Shown here piece after piece: positions 23,614 to 32,000 of a stretch of 32,000 bases of DNA; positions within the stretch are counted from its first letter, which is position 1; each line of letters opens with the position of its first letter. Source of the stretch: Candidatus Nitrosopumilus koreensis AR1 (GTDB lineage Archaea; Thermoproteota; Nitrososphaeria; Nitrososphaerales; Nitrosopumilaceae); NCBI RefSeq assembly GCF_000299365.1, contig NC_018655.1:690001-722000 (forward strand), read 5' to 3'. The notes under the pieces were generated by a model. That model ran no database searches. It was given only the letters and a program-made list of their open reading frames with translations, and was not told the origin of the DNA. The position numbers and the translations under genes were made by a program.

Positions 23614-24114
23614 CTATTTGCCGGGAATTGGCAATAGTTTTGCATCCGGCAATCCGTCTTCTTTTAACTGCTCTATTGAGATGCCCTCAAATTCTAAGGA
23701 AATTATGGCCTTTGTGTTGAATTTTGATTCCATCTCTTTTGCCAACCTTGCAATGTCCTTGCTAGAGTAGATTTCTTGAGAACCTTTTAGGAAGATTCTT
23801 TCTCCTTTTTCCATCTCTTTTCCACCAAATTTTCCTTGCAGAAAACTGGTAATTTCTGGAAGTTCTTTTCTGTCTATGTTGTTATGATAATAACAGATTC
23901 CTTTTACTGACTCATAATCATATGCTGTACCATTTCGATACATGAAAACTCCGATAAAATGTGCTTCATCTTCTGGTTCTCTGATGCATTTTATCTCCCA
24001 ATTTAGCAAATTCTCTTCTTTATAGCTGAATCCTTCCATCTCATCAGATGTAATTTTCCAGTATCTTGATCTTGGCATGTTGATATGTTCAAAACATTCT
24101 GATATAAATTCCAA
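23614..24114 (-). CDS. Hypothetical protein
   Basis: 166-aa ATG ORF with no competing ORF and no domain recognised. Confidence 0.5.
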   Translation of the reverse strand: MEFISECFEHINMPRSRYWKITSDEMEGFSYKEENLLNWEIKCIREPEDEAHFIGVFMYRNGTAYDYESVKGICYYHNNIDRKELPEITSFLQGKFGGKEMEKGERIFLKGSQEIYSSKDIARLAKEMESKFNTKAIISLEFEGISIEQLKEDGLPDAKLLPIPGK

Positions 24115-24193
24115 TATTGCCTTGATTGTGACTAATGCCTGTTTGTGGGAAATTCGATGTCTCTTTTTATATTAAAAATGGATATTGTGATTA

Positions 24194-24349
24194 TTGGGAG
24201 ACCGAATTACCATTGTACTGAACACTGAAAATGCTGAAAAACTTCGAAATATTCAAGCAAAGATGATCAGGTCATCAACAAAATCAGTAAGCTTCTCACA
24301 CGTTTTGAATTTAGTTCTAAGTGAAGGACTAAAAAAATTCAAAGCATAA
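24194..24349 (+). CDS. Small ribbon-helix-helix (CopG/Arc-like) protein, 51 aa; below the ORF-track cutoff
   Basis: Hand translation from TTG 24194 gives (M)GDRITIVLNTENAEKLRNIQAKMIRSSTKSVSFSHVLNLVLSEGLKKFKA*. It shows a beta-strand (RITIVL) followed by two helices, as in RHH DNA-binding proteins. The TTG is the only start available after the in-frame TGA at 24188-24190. Confidence 0.4.
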   Translation: MGDRITIVLNTENAEKLRNIQAKMIRSSTKSVSFSHVLNLVLSEGLKKFKA

Positions 24350-24396
24350 CTGCAACAATACAATTGTTCATTTACTGTATCTGACTTTGACTATGT

Positions 24397-24780
24397 GTGA
24401 GATCTCATAATCCTCTTTATCCTATAGAAGTTGATGACTACCCCAAACTTTTTGATTATGTATTGACTGCTAATGGATTGGTCTATTTTCAGTCTTTGAA
24501 AAGAAATTACATTTTGGGGAAAAACATGACTCAAGATGAATACAACAAACTACGGTTGTTGTATGTGTATTGTGCTACAGCAAACAGAAACCCTTCTGAA
24601 GTATTTGCATGGCAGGATCTATGTGTGACTCTTGATAATAAGGGAATTATTGAAAAGGAAATGTTTCATTCAAAAGAAGACTTGATAAATAAACAACTCA
24701 TCACAAAAAATCCTCATTATCATTCTGGTCTTTATAGAAAATACACTGAATTTGTAAAAAATAAAATGAACTCAGAGTAA
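24397..24780 (+). CDS. Hypothetical protein (GTG start)
   Basis: 127-aa ORF. GTG 24397 is the only possible start after the in-frame TGA at 24388-24390. No domain recognised. Confidence 0.45.
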   Translation: MRSHNPLYPIEVDDYPKLFDYVLTANGLVYFQSLKRNYILGKNMTQDEYNKLRLLYVYCATANRNPSEVFAWQDLCVTLDNKGIIEKEMFHSKEDLINKQLITKNPHYHSGLYRKYTEFVKNKMNSE

Positions 24781-24910
24781 CCGATTCTGGGCTGGGTAAT
24801 TCTGTACAACACAAGTCCTCAGAATCGGAAACTTGCTACTTGTTTTCAAAATAAGTATAAAAACACAAAATTATTCGGAAGATAGATTAACCGCGATTCA
24901 AATCTGCAGA

Positions 24911-25174
24911 TTGTTGAGCACATTTGATGTCCATGTAACTATTGAAAACAAGCCTGGAATCAATGATCCTGAAGGTGACACAATCCTAAATGATTTGGTG
25001 CTAAAAGGAACTCACAAAACTGTATCTAAAATCAAAACTGCAAAGATGCTAAAATTCACAATCAAAGAAAAAGACAAAAAAACTGCTCAATCAAAAGTGC
25101 AGGAAATTTGCGATGACTTGCGCATTTACAATCCAATGGTAAGCAAAGTCACAATTGATGTTTTTGATTCCTAA
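24911..25174 (+). CDS. purS: Phosphoribosylformylglycinamidine synthase subunit PurS
   Basis: The track ORF starts at 24833, but PurS proteins are ~80-85 aa. TTG 24911/24914 gives (M)LSTFDVHVTIENKPGINDPEGDTILNDLVLKG...KMLKFTI. This carries the PurS KPGxxDPEG motif. Confidence 0.8.
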   Translation: MLSTFDVHVTIENKPGINDPEGDTILNDLVLKGTHKTVSKIKTAKMLKFTIKEKDKKTAQSKVQEICDDLRIYNPMVSKVTIDVFDS

Positions 25175-25593
25175 TCTTTTTCAGAATCTATGTTATCTAA
25201 CATTCCATTAATCAAGAGTTTGCTGCGCAAAAATTCTGCCAAGTTTGTTTGAGTAATGACTCCTACTAGTTTCTCATCTTCTAAAATGATTAATCGTCTG
25301 ATGTTATTGTTTAGCATTTTTTGTACTGCATCCTCAATTACTGTGTCTGGACTAACCCATCTGAACTTTTTTGACATTATGTCTTCAATCAAAACTGATG
25401 ATGCCTTTAGATCCTCGGCTGCAATCTTTTGAACAATGTCTCTTTCTGAGACAACTCCTACTGGTTTTCCGTCTTGTATTATGACCAAAAAACTGATCTC
25501 TTTTTCTTTTAGAATGGTTGCAGCATCGTACACTGTTTTGTTATGTTCAATGGTGATGACATTTTTTTGCATAATGTCTCGTACGTGAGCCAT
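25171..25593 (-). CDS. CBS-pair domain protein
   Basis: 140 aa with two CBS units: VRDIMQKNVITIE...ISFLVIIQDGKPVGVVSERDI and IEDIMSKKFRWVSP...IRRLIILEDEKLVGVITQTNL. Confidence 0.8.
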   Translation of the reverse strand: MAHVRDIMQKNVITIEHNKTVYDAATILKEKEISFLVIIQDGKPVGVVSERDIVQKIAAEDLKASSVLIEDIMSKKFRWVSPDTVIEDAVQKMLNNNIRRLIILEDEKLVGVITQTNLAEFLRSKLLINGMLDNIDSEKD

Positions 25594-25642
25594 GCGATCA
25601 TAATGTCTTTTACCATAATTATTTTTTCTGACTAGACTCAGA

Positions 25643-25650
25643 TTAAATAT
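25643..25650 (+). promoter_or_regulatory. TATA-like box (TTAAATAT) for the purQLF operon
   Basis: It is centred ~25 nt upstream of GTG 25671, consistent with a leaderless or very short-leader transcript. Confidence 0.3.
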
Positions 25651-25670
25651 CGCCGGATCTAATTATAATT

Positions 25671-26350
25671 GTGAAAGTTGGGGTTGTAGTTTTTCCTGGC
25701 AGCAATTGTGATCGTGACATGTATCATGTACTAACTGATGTCTTTAATCTTGATGCACAATACTATTGGCATGAAAAACCTCTACCAAAAAATATTGATG
25801 CTGTGATTCTTCCTGGTGGATTCTCATATGGTGATAGATTGCGCGCAGGGGTGATAGCTGCCCATAGCCCAATCATTAAAGATGTTCAAAAGATGGCAAA
25901 AAAAGGAATTCCAATTTTAGGAGTCTGCAATGGCTTTCAAATTCTTGTGGAGGCCGGCCTTCTGCCTGGTGTGTTGCTAAAAAACGAGTCTCTGAACTTT
26001 ATGTGTGAATGGACAAATCTGATTGTTGAGAACAACAAAACACCATTTACAAACCAATTCAAATTAAAACAAAAAATTCCAATTCCTATTGCAAACGGTG
26101 AGGGGAGATACTATGTTGATGATAAAACTTTGAAACAACTAAAGAAAAAAATCAGATTGTGTTTAGGTATGAAGAAGTAGTTAATGGCTCATCAGATAGA
26201 ATTGCAGGTGTGTGTAATGAAGATGGAAATGTTGTTGGCATGATGCCTCATCCTGAAAGAGCAGTAGAGTCTGAAATTAATCCAATTGATAACAAACCCT
26301 CATCTTTAATCTTTGAATCTCTGTTGACAAAAATGGGTGTAAGCAATTGA
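25671..26350 (+). CDS. purQ: Phosphoribosylformylglycinamidine synthase glutaminase subunit PurQ, split by a frame break in an A7 run
   Basis: The 25671..26180 piece carries the nucleophile motif GVCNGFQ. The 26159..26350 piece carries [18 protein letters not shown] (His/Glu of the triad). The pieces lie in frames 0 and -1 and meet at the A run 26145-26151. Reading ...[16 protein letters not shown] across the run gives a normal ~225-aa PurQ. Confidence 0.85.
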
Positions 26351-28512
26351 GTCTAGAACCCCAGGAACTATCTGAACTAAAATCCAAAATTGGAAGAGAG
26401 CCAACTTCTACTGAATTACAAATTGTTGCAGCAGAATGGTCTGAACACTGTTCTTACAAATCCTCAAAAAAACATCTCAAAATGCTTCCAATGAAAGGAC
26501 CTCTTGTTATTACCGAGAAAGGATACGATTCAGGTGTTTTGGATGTTGGTGGTGGTTATGTTGTAACTGCTCATATTGAAAGCCATAACCACCCATCAGC
26601 TGTAGAACCATATGGTGGAGCTGCAACTGGAGTAGGCGGTGTAATTCGTGATATTTTATCTGCTGGAACAAGACCTATTGCTATTTTTGATGGATTGAGA
26701 TTTGGAGATATTGAAAAAGATCAACAAGCAAGATGGTTGTTCAAAAATGCCGTAACTGGCATTGCTGATTATGGAAACTGCTTAGGAATCCCAACAATTG
26801 GCGGAGAAGTGGAGTTTGATCAATGCTATGAAAACTATGCATTAGTAGATGTTGCTGCAGTAGGCTTTGGCAAAAAAGAGAATCTGATAAAAAATCATGC
26901 AAAGAAAGGTGACATTGTTGTATTGATGGGGGGCTCTACGGGCAGAGACGGAATTGGCGGCTCTCAGTTTGCATCTGACTCTCTAGAATCTGAAGACCGT
27001 TCTGCTGTTCAAATCCCTGACCCATTTATTGAAAAACTAATCATTGAAGCAGTTTTGGAGGCAAGAAATGCCAAACTAATCCATGCCATGAAAGACTTGG
27101 GAGGAGGTGGATTGTCTTGTGCCATTTCAGAAACTGCTGATGCTCTAGAGATCGGAATCGAGATGGATGTGAGCAAAGTTCACACTCGTGAATCTGACAT
27201 GCATCCTGATGAGATCATGGTCTCTGAATCCCAAGAAAGAATGTTGATTGTTACTAGTAAAACCAAATTCAAAAAACTACAACATATTTGTAAAAAATTC
27301 AGAATTGGTTGCTCTGTTATTGGAAGTGTAAAGTCTGATAACAAAATGCATATAAAAAAAGGCAAAAAGACGTTTGCAAATCTCCCAACAGATGTTGTTG
27401 CAAATGCCACTTTGCTTGATTTGCCATCAAAGGAACCTGCCTATCTTAAAACAATTACAAATGAAAAGAAACTCAAAACAATCTCTGATTATTCAAAGAC
27501 AATGATGAAACTACTTTCATCCCCAAACATTGCAAGCAAGATTTGGGTCTATGGACAATATGACCATGAAGTGGGAATCAGAACTGTAGTGAAACCTGGA
27601 AGAGACGCATCTGTTTTAAGATTAGATAATGGAAAATTCCTTTCAGTAAAAATTGACGGTAATCCAAAACAATGTTACATTAATCCTCGAGAAGGAGCAA
27701 TTGGATGTTTTGAGGAAGCATGTAGAAATGTAGTTTGTACTGGTGCAAAACCAATTGGAATGCTAGACCATCTTCAGTTTGGAAATCCAAAAGACCCAGA
27801 AATTTTCTGGACATTTTTAGAGTCTCTAAAGGGGCTAACTGATTTTGCAAAGGACTTTAAGATTCCATGTGTTGGCGGTAAAGTGAGCCTGTATAACGAA
27901 ACTCCTGCAGGCCCTATCAAGCCTACTCCATTAATTGGAGTTATCGGGCTAATTGACAAGCATCCACAAATTCCACAAAAAATCAACAATGATGACTGTC
28001 TGATTATTGTTGGAGAAACTAAAGATGAACTGGGTGGTTCTGAGTACTTTGAGTACATTCACAAGTTTATTGGCGGTAAATGCCCTGCAGTGGATTTTGC
28101 CGAATCAAAGAAGAACATGAAGTCTGTTTTGGAAATCATACAAAAACAACTCTTGAAATCTGCACATGATTGCTCAAAAGGTGGTCTGGCAGTTGCGGTA
28201 TCTGAGTTATCAATGACAAACCAAATAGGTTGCAAAATATCTTTAGAAAAAGTTCCTGGCAAAAAACTAGATGTTGACAGAGTCTTATTTTCAGAAAGCC
28301 ATTCTCGTTATCTTTTAGCATTTGATAAGAAAAATCTCTCAAAAGTTGAACAAATTCTCAAAAAGAACAAGACATCATACGATATCATAGGCAAATTTGG
28401 AGGAGAAAAGATTCAGTTTGTCAATGGCAAAAAACCAATCATAGATCTAAGAGTTGATAAGGCGCAAAAAGCTTGGTTAAATTCGTTAAGGGACTTGGTA
28501 CTGCATGGATGA
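26347..28512 (+). CDS. purL: Phosphoribosylformylglycinamidine synthase subunit PurL (FGAM synthase II)
   Basis: 721 aa. The TTG start overlaps the purQ stop (TTGA). It has the [12 protein letters not shown] motif, GGVIRDI, and a duplicated AIR-synthase-like fold with GGLSCAISE and GGLAVAVSE. Confidence 0.9.
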   Translation: MSLEPQELSELKSKIGREPTSTELQIVAAEWSEHCSYKSSKKHLKMLPMKGPLVITEKGYDSGVLDVGGGYVVTAHIESHNHPSAVEPYGGAATGVGGVIRDILSAGTRPIAIFDGLRFGDIEKDQQARWLFKNAVTGIADYGNCLGIPTIGGEVEFDQCYENYALVDVAAVGFGKKENLIKNHAKKGDIVVLMGGSTGRDGIGGSQFASDSLESEDRSAVQIPDPFIEKLIIEAVLEARNAKLIHAMKDLGGGGLSCAISETADALEIGIEMDVSKVHTRESDMHPDEIMVSESQERMLIVTSKTKFKKLQHICKKFRIGCSVIGSVKSDNKMHIKKGKKTFANLPTDVVANATLLDLPSKEPAYLKTITNEKKLKTISDYSKTMMKLLSSPNIASKIWVYGQYDHEVGIRTVVKPGRDASVLRLDNGKFLSVKIDGNPKQCYINPREGAIGCFEEACRNVVCTGAKPIGMLDHLQFGNPKDPEIFWTFLESLKGLTDFAKDFKIPCVGGKVSLYNETPAGPIKPTPLIGVIGLIDKHPQIPQKINNDDCLIIVGETKDELGGSEYFEYIHKFIGGKCPAVDFAESKKNMKSVLEIIQKQLLKSAHDCSKGGLAVAVSELSMTNQIGCKISLEKVPGKKLDVDRVLFSESHSRYLLAFDKKNLSKVEQILKKNKTSYDIIGKFGGEKIQFVNGKKPIIDLRVDKAQKAWLNSLRDLVLHG

Positions 28513-29980
28513 TAAACCAAAAATGCATCTTATTGATGACAAACCAAAAGAAAATTGTGGTGTAATTGGAATCTATAGCCTTAGTGGTGCTAATGTCATT
28601 CCAATGGCAATTGATGCATTACGTGCTTTGCAACATAGGGGTCAAGAAGCGTGGGGGCTTGCAATTCCAAATAAACCTCCAATCAAAAGACTGGGTCTTG
28701 TATCTGCTGCATCCTCTGAGTTTAAAACAATTGCAGAGGAATATTCTTCTCCTTGTGTAATTGGTCATGTTCGTTATTCTACAATGGGCAGAAGTTCCTT
28801 AGAAAATGCACAACCACTCAAAGTAAAGGATCTATGTGTTGCCCATAATGGAACAATTGCAAATGTTCAAGAACTCTCCAATTTGGTAGGTGGCTGTTCT
28901 TTTACCCCTCAAAATGCAAGTGATACTCTGGTTGCTGCCCAAAGACTAGTTTCATTAATTTCTGAAAAGGGACAAATGGGAAAAGCACTGTCTGTCCTCA
29001 AAAATGAGATGGTTGGTTCTTACTGTTTTACATTTATTTCCGATGATAATTCTGTTTATGCTGCACGTGATCCAAAAGGATTCCGTCCGATGGTTTTGGG
29101 CCATAAAGAGTCTGATGATACGTACATTGTTGCATCTGAATCATCTGCAGTTTCTGCAGTTGGTGCCCAGATGCAAAGAAACGTGACTCCTGGAGAGTTG
29201 ATTCGACTAAGTAAAGACGGCATTGAAACTGAAATGTTTTCAGATGATCCTCAGCGTGCACATTGTTCTTTTGAATTTACTTACTTTGCCCATCCAACAA
29301 GTAATATGGAAGGCACTAACATCTATGTTGCAAGAAAAAATATCGGTCGATATTTGGCAAGAAAATTCCCAATCAAAGATGCTGACTTGGTTATCCCTGT
29401 ACCTGATTCTGCAAGACCAGCTGCACTAGGATATGCCCAAGAACTTGGTGTGTCTTTTGATGAAGGATTGCTTAAGGATAGATACAGCAAGAAAGGACCA
29501 TTACGCAGTTTCATCGAACCACACCAAACAGACAGAGTGGAAATTAACAGATGGATCATCCCAATTAGAGAAATCATTGATGGAAAACATGTTGTCGTAA
29601 TTGATGATAGCTTGGTAAGAGGCACAAGCTCCAAGGCAATCATCAAGGCACTGAGACGAGCTGGTGCAAGAAAAATCAGTATGGTGATTACTTATCCGCC
29701 AATCAAATTCCCATGCTATGCTGGAATAGATTTCCCATCCCAAGAAGAACTTGCAACATTCTCTAACGGAAAAGACATGTCTTCAGAAGAGACAATTGAC
29801 ATGGTACGAAAAAGCATAGGTGCAGACTTTTTGGGATACAATGATGCTGAAAATCTTGCAGCAGCAGTAGGAATAACTGCTGACTCTATGTGTTTTACAT
29901 GCTCTTCTGGAAATTATGATTCTTTGGGAATTACTCCTGAATTTAAGAGCCGCGAAGAAATCAAAGGCGAGGCGTCTTAA
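28505..29980 (+). CDS. purF: Amidophosphoribosyltransferase PurF
   Basis: 491 aa. A propeptide precedes the nucleophile Cys (KENCGVIGIY). The PRPP loop is VVVIDDSLVRGTS. The C-terminal CFTCSSGNY is a Cys-cluster motif. The gene overlaps purL by 8 nt. The second Met at 28523 is an alternative start. Confidence 0.9.
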   Translation: MDDKPKMHLIDDKPKENCGVIGIYSLSGANVIPMAIDALRALQHRGQEAWGLAIPNKPPIKRLGLVSAASSEFKTIAEEYSSPCVIGHVRYSTMGRSSLENAQPLKVKDLCVAHNGTIANVQELSNLVGGCSFTPQNASDTLVAAQRLVSLISEKGQMGKALSVLKNEMVGSYCFTFISDDNSVYAARDPKGFRPMVLGHKESDDTYIVASESSAVSAVGAQMQRNVTPGELIRLSKDGIETEMFSDDPQRAHCSFEFTYFAHPTSNMEGTNIYVARKNIGRYLARKFPIKDADLVIPVPDSARPAALGYAQELGVSFDEGLLKDRYSKKGPLRSFIEPHQTDRVEINRWIIPIREIIDGKHVVVIDDSLVRGTSSKAIIKALRRAGARKISMVITYPPIKFPCYAGIDFPSQEELATFSNGKDMSSEETIDMVRKSIGADFLGYNDAENLAAAVGITADSMCFTCSSGNYDSLGITPEFKSREEIKGEAS

Positions 29981-29982
29981 TC

Positions 29983-30261
29983 ATGCAAGCAATTTGGAAT
30001 GGCGAGGTAATTGCAGAAAGTGACGATACTGTGGTGGTAGAAGGAAATCATTACTTTCCAATTGATTCTATCAAAAAGGAATATTTTGAGAAAACTGACA
30101 TGACCAGTTTTTGTGGATGGAAAGGAATGGCAAATTATTATTCTGTTACAGTTAATGGGAAAACGAACAAAGATTGTGCATGGTATTATGCAGAACCAAA
30201 TGATGCTGCCATGAAAATTAAAGGAATGGTTGCATTTTGGAATGGCGTTGAAGTAAAATAA
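29983..30261 (+). CDS. DUF427 domain protein
   Basis: 92 aa. NGEVIAESDDTVVVEGNHYFP...TSFCGWKGMANYYSV...AWYYAEP...GMVAFW follows the DUF427 pattern. It starts 2 nt after the purF stop. Confidence 0.75.
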   Translation: MQAIWNGEVIAESDDTVVVEGNHYFPIDSIKKEYFEKTDMTSFCGWKGMANYYSVTVNGKTNKDCAWYYAEPNDAAMKIKGMVAFWNGVEVK

Positions 30262-30296
30262 TCCTACTTAATTATTAGAAAAACTATAGGGATTTT

Positions 30297-30684
30297 GTGA
30301 AACAGTATACTGCACTTCTTGGTATTGGTGTAGGTGTGATTGTAATTATTGGTGTAATTTTTGGTGCAGATTTTTTCAAGTTTTCTGTATCTACACAAGA
30401 CTATGAAATCTTTGTTGATCCACTTTTAGATGAACAAGGGATGTTTACCATGGGACGCGTCACAATCCAAAATATTGGTGCCAAGCCAATAACAAATGTC
30501 CACATCAATTTTGGTGATGGGGATACGCTAGACATTCAAACTCTAGCTGTTGGGCAAAAAAATTCTTGTCTCTCCTCCTCCTGAAAACTCGATGGAATTT
30601 GTGATGATCAGTGCTGATAATGAGATATTTGTAAACAAGGCCTACCGTGAAATGCCAAAAATGGTGGGTATGATGGGTTCTTGA
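30297..30684 (+). CDS. Small membrane-anchored beta-rich protein; apparent frame break in an A7 run
   Basis: The track ORF 30297..30584 (GTG start, TM helix ALLGIGVGVIVIIGVIFG) ends with QKNSCLSSS*. The +1 frame continues from the A run 30556-30562 as KKILVSPPPENSMEFVMISADNEIFVNKAYREMPKMVGMMGS*, with TGA at 30682-30684. This is a more protein-like continuation. Confidence 0.45.
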
Positions 30685-30727
30685 TCTTTGCTAGCAGTTA
30701 AATTCTGTAATAATTCAGTATTTTTGC

Positions 30728-31552
30728 TTGAAATTTCTTACCAGTGGGAAGGTAAAGGATCTTTATGATGTTGATGAAACCACTTTACTCTTCAAGTTCT
30801 CTGACCGGGTTTCAGCATATGATGTGAAATTCAAACAAGACATTCCTAGAAAAGGGGAGGTTTTGTGCAAATTTGCTGAATTTTGGTTCAATGAGTTACC
30901 TGTCCCAAATCATTTCATAAAGCGTGAGTCTGATACTGAGATACTTGTAAAGAAGATGAAGATGCTTCCAATCGAGTGTGTTGTTCGTGGTTATTTTTAT
31001 GGCAGTCTTGTAAGTAGATGGAAAAAAGGCACCGTCAAAGTACCTGAAGGAACTGATACAACTCTTGCTGCAAAACTTCTTGAGCCTATGTTTGATCCTA
31101 CCACAAAATCAGAACACGATATTCCAATTGATAAAACAAAAGCAATTGAAATGAAACTAGTCACTGAGGAACAGTATCACTGGTTGGAAAAAACTTCGAT
31201 TGAAATTTACAAAAAGATGGCAAAGATTGCAGATGATGTTGGTTTTATCTTGGCTGATTTGAAATTAGAGTTTGGAATTTTAGATGGCCAAATTACTTTG
31301 GGTGATTCTATAGGTCCTGATGAGTATCGCTTGTGGCCAAAGGACTCCTTCGAGGTGGGTAAAATCCAAGAAGCATATGACAAACAACTTTTGCGTGACT
31401 GGTTAACTGCAAACGGATATCAAAAACAATTTGATGATGCACGTGATGCTGGCCAAGAACCAGTGGCACCTGAAATTCCCTCTGAGATTATTTCAAAAAT
31501 GACAGAACGTTATGTTACTGCATATGAAAAACTCTCTGGCAAGCAACTGTGA
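30728..31552 (+). CDS. purC: Phosphoribosylaminoimidazole-succinocarboxamide (SAICAR) synthase PurC
   Basis: 274 aa with a TTG start. [17 protein letters not shown] and LADLKLEFG are family motifs. Confidence 0.9.
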   Translation: MKFLTSGKVKDLYDVDETTLLFKFSDRVSAYDVKFKQDIPRKGEVLCKFAEFWFNELPVPNHFIKRESDTEILVKKMKMLPIECVVRGYFYGSLVSRWKKGTVKVPEGTDTTLAAKLLEPMFDPTTKSEHDIPIDKTKAIEMKLVTEEQYHWLEKTSIEIYKKMAKIADDVGFILADLKLEFGILDGQITLGDSIGPDEYRLWPKDSFEVGKIQEAYDKQLLRDWLTANGYQKQFDDARDAGQEPVAPEIPSEIISKMTERYVTAYEKLSGKQL

Positions 31553-31900
31553 TTGTTGTTTTGTGTTTAATGTTGACTAGTAGCTAACTTTCAACTCGAA
31601 TTGTATTTTTGAAAATATGCAAATTTGTGTCATGATGACGTATTTTCGGACATCTCTCTCCTGGATCCTCCTTTTTTGTTATTTTACAAAAAATTTCAAA
31701 CCGTTACAATAATTCTTTATCCAATACAATATTCATTGTAGTGGTATCGTTTTTACTAGTTGCACTATGATAATTATTATAGTAATGATGATTGGATTGA
31801 TAGCGGTATAATCTTTTTGAAAATGGAAAAAAATTGATGCGATTAGACAAAAAAATATGATACAAGGATCTTTTAGATCAAAAATAAAGGTAATTTCAGC

Positions 31901-32000
31901 ATGTCTACATTATTAGAAAAACCAATCAAAGTAAATCGTATTGTTACGACAAGTATTGAACACGCACGAGCAATTGAAGACCCTGCACGCGCAAAAATTG
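31901..32000 (+). CDS. Probable ArsR-like winged-helix regulator; 3'-truncated by the window edge
   Basis: ATG 31901 opens MSTLLEKPIKVNRIVTTSIEHARAIEDPARAKI... The (E/S)DPxRxKIL motif is typical of ArsR-type HTH N-termini. Only 33 codons are visible. Confidence 0.4.
   Translation, partial: MSTLLEKPIKVNRIVTTSIEHARAIEDPARAKI

Noticed and set aside
26145-26151. Programmed -1 ribosomal frameshift as the explanation for split purQ
   Set aside because: The 0-frame reads AAG AAA AAA ATC, so there is no phase-correct X_XXY_YYZ heptamer and no adjacent stop or structure. A homopolymer miscall, or at most transcriptional slippage, is more likely.
27180-29743. Antisense and alternative-frame ORFs inside purL and purF
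   Set aside because: They are embedded in strongly supported housekeeping genes and have no independent support.
1-32000. Screen for CRISPR arrays, rRNA, tRNA, IS elements, integrases and known defence operons
   Set aside because: I found no regularly spaced repeats, no conserved rRNA or tRNA motifs, and no transposase, integrase, restriction, Cas or other defence signatures in any ORF. The only repeats are intragenic coding repeats and the short operator-like repeat at 2191-2223.

Overview
This is a 32-kb, AT-rich, very gene-dense archaeal chromosomal segment. The gene content and style look like a Nitrosopumilus-like ammonia-oxidising thaumarchaeon: archaeal-type purP, separate purS/purQ/purL, TatA/TatC, TATA-like boxes about 25 nt upstream of start codons, many TTG/GTG starts, many small lineage-specific ORFs, and convergent genes sharing stop codons. 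That assignment is my own recognition and inference, not a search result. Layout: 0-9 kb holds small hypothetical and regulatory genes (Kazal-like Cys-rich protein, YVTN beta-propeller, two winged-helix paralogues, a long coiled-coil protein, an O-methyltransferase, a PIN-like protein). 9-12.3 kb holds a CBS-TrkH transporter and its neighbours. 12.8-20.1 kb is a cluster of predicted extracellular proteins: a tail-collar protein, a roughly 1170-aa metzincin-like protein currently split into two ORFs, and a choice-of-anchor-D/TSP3 protein. This cluster also contains a 95-nt GC-rich structured RNA candidate with its own TATA box and T5 terminator. 20.1-31.6 kb is housekeeping: purP, ubiX, tatA, tatC, purS, an overlapping purQ-purL-purF-DUF427 operon, and purC. 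Three things stand out. (i) The unclassified structured RNA at 19080-19174. (ii) Five to six reading-frame breaks that all sit in A/T homopolymers, including essential purQ and one break on a phase-correct A_AAA_AAC heptamer; homopolymer miscalls are the most economical explanation, and slippage-dependent expression is the alternative. (iii) Modular secreted proteins with repeated motifs. I see no CRISPR array, rRNA, tRNA, transposase/integrase or recognisable defence operon. I also see no multi-gene system that I could defend as novel from sequence alone. All domain calls are motif recognition by eye; no HMM, BLAST or Rfam search was possible.
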